The position numbers and the translations under genes were made by a program. Below, in pieces: positions 8,547 to 15,431 of a DNA stretch of 33,590 nt. Every line of letters begins with the position of its first letter. The stretch's first letter is position 1. The notes below the pieces were generated by a model. That model did not search any database and was not told the DNA's origin. It saw only the letters and a list, made by a program, of their open reading frames with translations. Source of the DNA: Bacteroidota bacterium (GTDB lineage: Bacteria > Bacteroidota > Bacteroidia > Chitinophagales > Chitinophagaceae); NCBI GenBank assembly GCA_031418795.1, contig JANOJO010000167.1, positions 1 through 33,590 on the forward strand, in the 5' to 3' direction.

Positions 8547-9291
8547 CCGGAACGCTATGTACCGCAGCCGCCATCTCTTTAATCAGTGAAGCATCCTTTT
8601 CAATCGCATTACCCACAACAATTATATCAGCGCCGGCTTTACAATTGCGGTAAGCTTTTTCGGGTTCAATTATACCACCGCCAATTATTAATGGCACTTC
8701 AATATTTTTTGCAACTAATTCAATCATGGTTTCCGTTATCGCTCTTTTAGCGCCACTGCCTGCATCCATATAAATTAATTTCATGCCCAGCATTTCACCT
8801 GCCATCGCTGTGCACATCGCAATTTCATTTTTATCAAAAGGAATGGGAGAAGCATTGCTGATGTAAGAAACGGTAGTAGGTGCGCCGCCATCTATCACCA
8901 TATAGCCGGTTGGCATTATTTCCAATCCGCTTTGTTTTACAAAAGGCGCTGATACCACATGCTGACCTATTAAAAGTTCTGCATTTCTTCCACTGATTAA
9001 AGAAAGATATAATAATGCATCTGCGAACTTGCTTACCTGGTTGGGGCTTCCCGGAAAAAGTATAACAGGGATGGAACAATTTATTTTTATATGCTGCACT
9101 ACTTCATCAAGCTTGTTGCTGATTACAAGGCTGCCGCCAACAAGAAAATAATCTACGTTGGCTGCAAGCGAAAGTTCAATCAGTTCATCAAGCATCGATA
9201 CATTCACCTTGTCGGGGTCAATGAGTACGGAAAAAGATTTTTTGCCTTCCTTTTTTTTAATGGTCAATGATTGGTAAATGCCCTGCTTCAT
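8536..9291 (-). CDS. Geranylgeranylglyceryl phosphate synthase family protein (PcrB/GGGPS, TIM barrel)
   Basis: The ORF track gives 8536..9315 from a TTG. The first ATG (MKQGIYQ...) is at 9291. FSVLIDPDK...DYFLVGGS...ILFPG...GYMVIDGG...IYMDAGSGA...PLIIGGGI...GADIIVVGNAIE is the PcrB/GGGPS pattern. The 3' end overlaps the convergent 8088..8546 gene by 11 nt. Confidence 0.85.
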   Translation of the reverse strand: MKQGIYQSLTIKKKEGKKSFSVLIDPDKVNVSMLDELIELSLAANVDYFLVGGSLVISNKLDEVVQHIKINCSIPVILFPGSPNQVSKFADALLYLSLISGRNAELLIGQHVVSAPFVKQSGLEIMPTGYMVIDGGAPTTVSYISNASPIPFDKNEIAMCTAMAGEMLGMKLIYMDAGSGAKRAITETMIELVAKNIEVPLIIGGGIIEPEKAYRNCKAGADIIVVGNAIEKDASLIKEMAAAVHSVPVKV

Positions 9292-9731
9292 CTGTGTTGT
9301 GTTGATTGATTGCAAAAATGCAAAAAGTTTTTGTCATTTTAACTATTAAAATAAAATGGGGTTTGCCTCGTAAATTCCCTGTTCAATTCAGTATAAAAAA
9401 TTAAAAAGCAGATAATTTTTTTTAAGGAAGGAATAAACAGATACTCAATTTACAATTTTCAAAAAATTCTTTTATTTAATTCCTGTCATTTGGGGTTTGG
9501 TAAAATTTTTTATATGCCTGCATTAAATCGTGACTGATTTTAATAAGAAAATAAAGTGTATTTCCGGTTTGTCATTGGTAAAACCTGCCTCTTTGTTTTG
9601 TGTTTCAAACGAATCATCTTTACAAAAAAAATTCCTACTGATTAGCATCAGATTTTCCAAATTTTTTTTGAATAAAATTAATGAAGACTGTGCAAAAATT
9701 CTGAAATCAGCCACCCGTCTCACTTAGCTAA

Positions 9732-9753
9732 TTATCCACGCCGCTTATCCACA
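9732..9753 (+). promoter_or_regulatory. Two tandem DnaA-box consensus sequences upstream of nrdJ
   Basis: TTATCCACG (9732-9740) and TTATCCACA (9745-9753) are in the same orientation, 13 nt start-to-start. A near -7 element GATATTTG (9761-9768) follows. They lie about 105 nt upstream of the nrdJ ATG at 9857. Confidence 0.5.
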
Positions 9754-9809
9754 TTGTGTTGATATTTGAATGTATGAAATACCGGATGATAAAAATATTT
9801 TCGTAATCA

Positions 9810-9826
9810 CCTTCCACCCCGGAAGG
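9810..9826 (+). promoter_or_regulatory. Small hairpin in the nrdJ 5' leader
   Basis: CCTTCC-ACCCC-GGAAGG, a 6-bp stem 31 nt upstream of the nrdJ start. Function unknown. Confidence 0.3.
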
Positions 9827-9856
9827 AAATCTATCAGAACCGACAAATTTTTTACT

Positions 9857-12800
9857 ATGCCCATTAAAAAATCAGCTTCCGTTAAAAACGGTTTGCAGTT
9901 CCCCCGTCGCTTCACCCGTGAGGATGTGAATGTATTTGACATGTTTGAATATGACTATCGTACATCAGTAATCCGAAATCCAAATGGTGAAGTTGTATTT
10001 GAAATGAATAATGTAGAAGTACCAAAACAATGGAGCCAGATTGCCACCGATATTCTTGCCCAAAAATATTTTAGAAAAGCAGGTGTGCCGCAAACAGACG
10101 GAAGCCTCGGTCGTGAGACATCAGCAAAACAAGTTGCACACCGCATGGCTAATTGCTGGCGGGTATGGGGCGAAAGAAATAATTATTTTAAATCAGAAAA
10201 AGATGCAAAGATTTTTTATGAAGAATTAGTTTATTCTATTTTGAATCAAATGTGTGTTCCCAATTCACCGCAATGGTTTAATACAGGCTTGTATGAAAGC
10301 TATGGTATAAAAGGAAAACCGCAGGGACATTATTTTGTGGATGCTGCTGACGGGCAATTAAAAAAATCCACTTCAGCGTATGAGCGGCCCCAACCACATG
10401 CCTGTTTTATATTAAGTGTAAATGATGATTTGGTAAATGATGGCGGCATCATGGATCTGTGGGTTCGTGAAGCAAGAATTTTTAAATACGGTTCTGGCGT
10501 GGGTACAAATTTTTCTCAACTGCGTGGAGAAAAAGAAAAACTCAGCGGCGGTGGTACATCTTCTGGCTTAATGAGTTTTTTAAAAATAGGTGACCGTGCT
10601 GCAGGAGCTATTAAAAGTGGTGGCACCACAAGGCGTGCAGCTAAAATGGTTTGTCTTGACCTGGACCATCCTGAAATAATTGAGTTTGTAAATTGGAAAG
10701 TGGAAGAAGAAAAAAAAGTTGCTGCTTTAATTTCCGCAGGTTATCCCAGCGATTACGAAGGTGAAGCATATAAAACAGTAAGCGGTCAAAATTCAAATAA
10801 CTCTGTTCGCATTCCCAATGAATTTTTTAAAGTACTGGAAGAAGATGGTGATTGGGAACTGAAAGGAAGAATGGATGGCCGGGTGATGAAAAAAATTCCT
10901 GCAAGAGAACTCTGGAACCAGATTTCTTATGCCGCATGGCGCTGCGCCGATCCGGGTACTCAGTATGATACTACTATTAATGAGTGGCACACCAGCCCAA
11001 AAGGTGGACGCATCAATGCATCAAACCCATGCAGTGAATACATGTTTCTTGATAACACCGCCTGTAATCTTGCATCGGCCAACCTGATGAAATTTTATGA
11101 TACTGCAACAAACACATTCGATATAGAAGGTTATGAATATAACTGCCGCTTGTGGACAGTGGTGCTGGAAGTATCTGTATTGATGGCGCAATTTCCCAGC
11201 AAAGAAGTAGCCCAGTTAAGTTATGAATACAGAACACTTGGACTGGGATATGCCAACCTCGGTACACTCTTAATGGTAAGCGGAATTTCTTACGACAGTG
11301 AAGAAGCAAGAGCAATTGCCGGCGCTATTACTGCAATCATGACGGGTATTTCTTATAAAACATCAGCAGAGATGGCAAAGGTGCTTGGCGCTTTTCCAAG
11401 ATATGAAGATAATAAAGAAGATATGCTTCGTGTCATGCATAATCATCGCCTGGCCGCTTACGATGCTGATAAATATGAAGGGTTAAGTTTGAAACCTATT
11501 GGCATCAAAGCACAATATTGCCCGGCTAATTTATTAACTGCTGCATGCAAGGCATGGGATGATGCTGTTGAGCTTGGAGAAAAACATGGTTATCGCAATG
11601 CGCAGGCAACCGTGATTGCACCTACTGGTACAATTGGTTTGGTAATGGATTGTGATACTACCGGCGTAGAACCAGATTTCGCATTGGTAAAATTTAAAAA
11701 ACTTTCTGGTGGTGGTTATTTTAAAATCATCAATCAGTCAGTACCTGTAGCATTAAGAAATTTAGGATACAGTGAAAAAGAAACTGATTCCATAATAAAG
11801 TATGCTGTGGGTACGGCTTCTTTTGCCGGAGCGCCGTATATCAATCATCAGTCGTTAAGTGAAAAAGGATTTATTGCAGATGAAATAAAAAGATTAGATG
11901 CATCAGCTGCTTCTGCATTTGAAATTGGTTTTGTATTTAATAAATATAATCTTGGAGAAGAATGTTTGCAGCGCCTTGGATTTACTCCGGAGCAATACAA
12001 TAATTTTGAATGGAGCCTTTTGGAAGCGCTTGGTTTCAGCGATGAAGAAATAGAAGCTGCCAACGATTATGTATGTGGAAACGGAATGCTGGAAGCAGCT
12101 CCTTATTTAAAAGAAGAACATTTGCCCGTTTTTGACTGTGCCAATAAATGCGGAAAAAAAGGTCAGCGTTTTATTCACGCCAATGGCCATATCCGCATGA
12201 TGGGCGCCACACAACCATTTATCAGTGGCGCAATTTCCAAAACAATTAATTTACCCAATGAAGCAACTGTTGAAGAAATAGCTGCGGCTTATTTATTAAG
12301 CTGGCAATTGGGTTTAAAATCAAATGCGCTGTACCGTGATGGTTCTAAATTATCACAACCACTCAGTAACAAATCGGATAAGAAAAAGAAGGCTGAAACA
12401 GTCGTTGAGGAAACAGAGCAACCCGCCTTCGCTCAAGCTGCGGCGGACAAGCCAGAATCAAATATTGTTGACCTGAGCCAGCTTACTGTAGAAGAATTAT
12501 TGGAAGAAGTTCAGAAAAGAGTACAATCATCACCCGACACAAAACTGAAACGTAAACTTGCCAGCATTGTAGAACGTCGTTCTTTACCCGCAAAAAGAAG
12601 AGGCTTTACTCAAAAAGCAAAAATAAACGGACAAGCCCTCTTCCTTCGTACGGGAGAATATAATGATGGAACACTTGGAGAAATTTTTATTGATATGGCA
12701 AAAGAAGGAGCTACCATGCGCAGTATGCTCAACTGTTTCGCTATCGCTATCTCCATCGGTTTGCAATACGGTGTGCCATTAGAAGAGTTTGTTGAAAAAT

Positions 12801-13234
12801 TTGCGTTCACCAAATTTGACCCAGCAGGATTTGTAGAACATCCGAATATTAAATCCACAACATCTATTGTTGATTTAATTTTCCGCACATTGGGTTATGA
12901 ATACCTGGGAAGAAATGACCTGGTGCATGTATTGGACAAGCCGGAAGTATTGAATACAGGAAAAGATGATTGGGATGAAATACCTACATCATTAGAATAT
13001 GAAAAAGCACCTGAGCTATCAAGCGTAAGAGTAGTAGGCACAGTGAGCAATCAACCGGTAAAAGCACAAAGACCAACTGTTGCTAAAATTGAGAATGGAA
13101 TGGAAGCTATCAATGCTGCCAGCAGGTCTATGCAAAGTGATGCACCCGCTTGTAATGTATGCGGACATATTATGATACGCAGCGGCACTTGTTATAAATG
13201 TAATAATTGCGGTAACCAGGGCGGATGCAGTTAG
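9857..13234 (+). CDS. nrdJ: Class II adenosylcobalamin-dependent ribonucleotide reductase (long form with C-terminal Cys-rich tail)
   Basis: The ORF track starts at 9770. Homolog-like sequence begins at M30 (MPIKKSASVKNGLQFPRRFTREDVNVFD..., ATG 9857). Hallmarks are WSQIATDILAQKYFRKAGVP, the active-site NPCSEY, TGTIG, and LP.RR.G.T.K...TGEYNDGTLGEIFIDM, plus the C-terminal CNVCGH...CYKCNNCGNQGGCS tail. Confidence 0.95.
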   Translation: MPIKKSASVKNGLQFPRRFTREDVNVFDMFEYDYRTSVIRNPNGEVVFEMNNVEVPKQWSQIATDILAQKYFRKAGVPQTDGSLGRETSAKQVAHRMANCWRVWGERNNYFKSEKDAKIFYEELVYSILNQMCVPNSPQWFNTGLYESYGIKGKPQGHYFVDAADGQLKKSTSAYERPQPHACFILSVNDDLVNDGGIMDLWVREARIFKYGSGVGTNFSQLRGEKEKLSGGGTSSGLMSFLKIGDRAAGAIKSGGTTRRAAKMVCLDLDHPEIIEFVNWKVEEEKKVAALISAGYPSDYEGEAYKTVSGQNSNNSVRIPNEFFKVLEEDGDWELKGRMDGRVMKKIPARELWNQISYAAWRCADPGTQYDTTINEWHTSPKGGRINASNPCSEYMFLDNTACNLASANLMKFYDTATNTFDIEGYEYNCRLWTVVLEVSVLMAQFPSKEVAQLSYEYRTLGLGYANLGTLLMVSGISYDSEEARAIAGAITAIMTGISYKTSAEMAKVLGAFPRYEDNKEDMLRVMHNHRLAAYDADKYEGLSLKPIGIKAQYCPANLLTAACKAWDDAVELGEKHGYRNAQATVIAPTGTIGLVMDCDTTGVEPDFALVKFKKLSGGGYFKIINQSVPVALRNLGYSEKETDSIIKYAVGTASFAGAPYINHQSLSEKGFIADEIKRLDASAASAFEIGFVFNKYNLGEECLQRLGFTPEQYNNFEWSLLEALGFSDEEIEAANDYVCGNGMLEAAPYLKEEHLPVFDCANKCGKKGQRFIHANGHIRMMGATQPFISGAISKTINLPNEATVEEIAAAYLLSWQLGLKSNALYRDGSKLSQPLSNKSDKKKKAETVVEETEQPAFAQAAADKPESNIVDLSQLTVEELLEEVQKRVQSSPDTKLKRKLASIVERRSLPAKRRGFTQKAKINGQALFLRTGEYNDGTLGEIFIDMAKEGATMRSMLNCFAIAISIGLQYGVPLEEFVEKFAFTKFDPAGFVEHPNIKSTTSIVDLIFRTLGYEYLGRNDLVHVLDKPEVLNTGKDDWDEIPTSLEYEKAPELSSVRVVGTVSNQPVKAQRPTVAKIENGMEAINAASRSMQSDAPACNVCGHIMIRSGTCYKCNNCGNQGGCS

Positions 13235-13251
13235 CCCCGCCTCATCCCCAA

Positions 13252-13273
13252 CCCTTCTCCTGAAGGAGAAGGG
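13252..13273 (+). repeat. GC-rich hairpin CCCTTCTCC-TGAA-GGAGAAGGG just after the nrdJ stop
   Basis: Perfect 9-bp stem with no following T-run. A second perfect 10-bp hairpin, AGACTAAGTC-N9-GACTTAGTCT, lies at 13297-13325. Confidence 0.6.
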
Positions 13274-13340
13274 AAAAGGAAGAATTTTTGGAAGAAAGAC
13301 TAAGTCCTTCATGATGACTTAGTCTGATACTGGAAAACCA

Positions 13341-13391
13341 AATAGAGAGTACCCTACTTACTAACCCACCACGAGGTGGGTTTTTTATTAT
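13341..13391 (+). repeat. Flank repeat R1, copy a (contains the nrdJ terminator)
   Basis: AATAGAGAGTACCCTACTTACTAACCCACCACGAGGTGGGTTTTTTATTAT aligns with 14178-14228 at 39/51 positions by hand, including the perfect 14-mer CTAACCCACCACGA. Confidence 0.75.
13365..13386 (+). terminator. Rho-independent terminator of nrdJ
   Basis: CCCACC-ACGA-GGTGGG followed by TTTTTT. Confidence 0.75.
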
Positions 13392-13421
13392 CAATTGGAA
13401 TATTATTAAATTGTAAGCAAT

Positions 13422-13943
13422 ATGGGACTCAACCAGCGAATTGATAAAATTACCAACTCAATTGAGGAAAGGAAAACAGGGTTAACACTTGAAACAAAAG
13501 TATTACCGCTTGCCAAACATGAGCTTTTGAAAATTAGAAAGGCCGATGGATGGAAATTTAGTTGGAGAAAAGAAATGGCTATGGGTAATAGGATAGTTTA
13601 CAAGCTAATAATAGTAAATGAGCCATCAAAAGTTCAAGGTTTACTTTGTCTTAGTATAGAGGAAGGGTTTATTTTTATGCATCTTATTGAATCAGCTCCA
13701 GGAAATATCGGTTCTCTAAAACATTACATGGGGGTTCCGGCTAATCTTGTTGCGTTTGCTTGCAAACTTTCTTTCGAATATGGTTTTTCAGGTGAAATTG
13801 CTTTTGATTCAAAAACAGTATTGATAAATCATTATAAAAGAACTCTTGGTGCCATCCTTTTATTTCCACCAAAAAGAATGGCAATTCTTTCCGAACAAGC
13901 AGGAAAATTGGTAAATTCGTACTACAAGGATTTTAAAATATGA
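13422..13943 (+). CDS. Uncharacterised protein, possibly GNAT-fold acetyltransferase-like
   Basis: 173-aa ORF. The C-terminal half, GLLCLSIEEGFIFMHLIESAPGNIG..KHYMGVPANLVAFACKLSFEYGFSGEIAFDSKTVLINHYKRTLGA, follows the GNAT strand-helix-strand layout that ends in the usual x(F/H)Y..(L)G(F/A). No canonical Q/RxxGxG/A motif was seen. Confidence 0.55.
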   Translation: MGLNQRIDKITNSIEERKTGLTLETKVLPLAKHELLKIRKADGWKFSWRKEMAMGNRIVYKLIIVNEPSKVQGLLCLSIEEGFIFMHLIESAPGNIGSLKHYMGVPANLVAFACKLSFEYGFSGEIAFDSKTVLINHYKRTLGAILLFPPKRMAILSEQAGKLVNSYYKDFKI

Positions 13944-14104
13944 ACAAACTAAAAAAACAATATTACCAGTTGGATGACCTTCACGAATTAAGTAATAATT
14001 CTGTTTATAGAAAAAATTCAGAAGTAGAAAAAAATACAAGGCAATTTTTTGCCAGTAGAAGAAAAAAGGCAAAGCCAGTTAAAAAGAAAAATGTTTCAGT
14101 TTAG
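13940..14104 (+). CDS. Small basic ORF (54 aa), translationally coupled to the upstream gene
   Basis: Below the ORF-track size cut-off. Its ATG overlaps the upstream TGA (ATGA at 13940-13943). It reads MNKLKKQYYQLDDLHELSNNSVYRKNSEVEKNTRQFFASRRKKAKPVKKKNVSV*. Coding status is uncertain. Confidence 0.35.
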   Translation: MNKLKKQYYQLDDLHELSNNSVYRKNSEVEKNTRQFFASRRKKAKPVKKKNVSV

Positions 14105-14111
14105 TTGAATT

Positions 14112-14180
14112 TTACTCAGGAAAATCATCTTCTTCTTTCGGTTTATATTATCAGGCATCTTTTCTATAATCCCGGTGAAT
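14112..14180 (-). pseudogene. Flank repeat R2, copy a: frameshifted 3' fragment of a paralog of the 15109..15282 small gene
   Basis: Aligns with 15109-15180 at about 55/70 columns by hand. The minus-strand reading FTGIIEKMPDN[1-nt deletion]YKPKEEDDFPE* compares with the intact FAGAIEKMFDKYKPKEEDDFLE*. Homology stops where R1 copy b begins. Confidence 0.7.
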
Positions 14181-14228
14181 AAAGAGCACCCGTTTAGCTA
14201 ACCCACCACGAAGTGTATTTATTATTTT
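14178..14228 (+). repeat. Flank repeat R1, copy b (decayed terminator)
   Basis: AATAAAGAGCACCCGTTTAGCTAACCCACCACGAAGTGTATTTATTATTTT. The hairpin 3' arm is mutated (GGTGGG to AGTGTA) relative to copy a. Confidence 0.75.
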
Positions 14229-14314
14229 ACTGATTTAGAATAAATAATTAATTATGTATGTCGAAAAATTGTCGCTGATTTTTCAAAAAATATTTCAGGC
14301 TAAGAAAACAGAAT

Positions 14315-15088
14315 ATGAATAAACAGGCATTTTCAAACCAAGTTGCAATTATAACCGGAGCAGGACAGGGTATTGGTTATGAAATTGCAAGACAGTTATG
14401 TATTGGCGGTGCTTCAGTACTTCTGAATGATATTGATGAGGCGCTGGCAAATAATGCTGCAGAAAAAATTAAAGAAGAAGGTGGCTCATGTTCCGCTATC
14501 AAAGGCGATGCAGGTGATGTTTCATTTATTTATAAAATGGTTGAAGAAGCGGTTAAGAAATTTGGTAAGCTGACTATTGCTGTTGCCAATGCAGGCATCA
14601 CTTCTTACGGAGATTTTTTTGAATATAAAAAAGAAGCATTGCAGCAAGTGATGAATGTAAATCTTGGTGGTAGTTTTTTTCTTGCGCAGGCTGCTGCTGT
14701 GCAAATGAAAAAACAACAAACTGGCGGAACAATTTTACTGATGTCATCAGTAACCGGACACCAGGCACATAAAAACCTGGCAGCTTATGGTATGACAAAG
14801 GCAGGAATAGAGATGCTGGCAAAAACATTAGTGATTGAGCTGTCGCCGTTTAATATTTCAATTAATGCGATTGCTCCCGGCGCTACGATTACTGAAAGAA
14901 CAACAGGAGATGCAGGGTATGAAAAAATTTGGTCAACCATTACACCTATGGGCCGGCCTGCTACAGTAAATGATATTGCCAATGCTGCTCTTTTTCTTGT
15001 ATCACCTTTATCGCGGCATATTACCGGGCAAACAATAATTGTTGATGGAGGCTGGACATCTGTTAGTCCATCGCCTTATGAAGATTGA
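14315..15088 (+). CDS. SDR-family oxidoreductase (classical short-chain dehydrogenase, FabG-like)
   Basis: 257 aa. TGAGQGIG cofactor motif, NAG, and the catalytic S...YGMTKAG (YxxxK). Confidence 0.9.
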   Translation: MNKQAFSNQVAIITGAGQGIGYEIARQLCIGGASVLLNDIDEALANNAAEKIKEEGGSCSAIKGDAGDVSFIYKMVEEAVKKFGKLTIAVANAGITSYGDFFEYKKEALQQVMNVNLGGSFFLAQAAAVQMKKQQTGGTILLMSSVTGHQAHKNLAAYGMTKAGIEMLAKTLVIELSPFNISINAIAPGATITERTTGDAGYEKIWSTITPMGRPATVNDIANAALFLVSPLSRHITGQTIIVDGGWTSVSPSPYED

Positions 15089-15108
15089 TATAGAAACAAA
15101 TAATAATT

Positions 15109-15282
15109 TTATTCCAAAAAATCATCTTCCTCTTTTGGTTTGTATTTATCAAACATCTTTTCAATAGCCCCGGCGAAAATGGGAAATTTTTCTTTGGCAA
15201 AATCTTTTATCACTTCAACTGATTTATAAGATTGTTGTTCAGTAAGGCCCTGTGCCATTAACCGTTGTATTAATTCCTGCAT
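15109..15282 (-). CDS. Small conserved-looking hypothetical protein (57 aa); its 3' part is flank repeat R2, copy b
   Basis: Below the ORF-track cut-off. Reads MQELIQRLMAQGLTEQQSYKSVEVIKDFAKEKFPIFAGAIEKMFDKYKPKEEDDFLE*. A decayed paralogous fragment at 14112-14180 supports it being a real gene. Confidence 0.5.
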   Translation of the reverse strand: MQELIQRLMAQGLTEQQSYKSVEVIKDFAKEKFPIFAGAIEKMFDKYKPKEEDDFLE

Positions 15283-15431
15283 GTTTTTATTTTATAAACC
15301 GAAGATATAGAAATAAAAAAAGCCGGTCTGCTCCGGTTCTAAATGACTTTATAAATTTTCAATTCTCATTCTTCATCATCTTCCATACAATTATATAAAA
15401 GATCACCACGGATAAAAAATAATGGAAAAAT

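Noticed and set aside
9770-9856. N-terminal extension of nrdJ (MYEIPDDKNIFVITFHPGRKSIRTDKFFT) in the ORF-track model.
   Set aside because: The recognisable NrdJ sequence begins at the internal ATG 9857. The extension would also run through the leader hairpin at 9810-9826.
9316-9856. A cobalamin riboswitch or a replication origin in the long AT-rich region upstream of nrdJ.
   Set aside because: I found no B12-box-like sequence or multi-stem architecture, and B12 riboswitches normally control B12-independent RNRs rather than nrdJ. Only two DnaA boxes are visible and no dnaA or dnaN is nearby, so an oriC call is not supported. It cannot be excluded without genome context and GC skew.
9523-9942. 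ORFs of 65-66 aa on both strands of the pcrB-nrdJ intergenic region (9523..9723, 9530..9727, 9745..9942).
   Set aside because: They mirror each other in AT-rich DNA, have junk-like composition and show no coupling to neighbouring genes.
12360-12610. A possible intein or foreign insertion in nrdJ (the K/E-rich linker KSDKKKKAETVVEETEQ...KLKRKLASIVERRSLPAKRRG).
   Set aside because: There are no intein splice-junction motifs. The segment leads into the LP.RR.G.T.K motif that is a normal part of long-form class II RNRs.
13019-13312. A 97-aa minus-strand ORF spanning the nrdJ 3' end and the downstream hairpins.
   Set aside because: It overlaps the well-supported nrdJ C-terminus and runs through two perfect hairpins, so it is most likely spurious.
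15311-15337. A terminator for the alcohol dehydrogenase gene (minus strand CCGG-AGCAGA-CCGG plus a T-run).
   Set aside because: Only about 4 bp of stem can form. That is too weak to call a terminator with confidence, although the T-run is suggestive.
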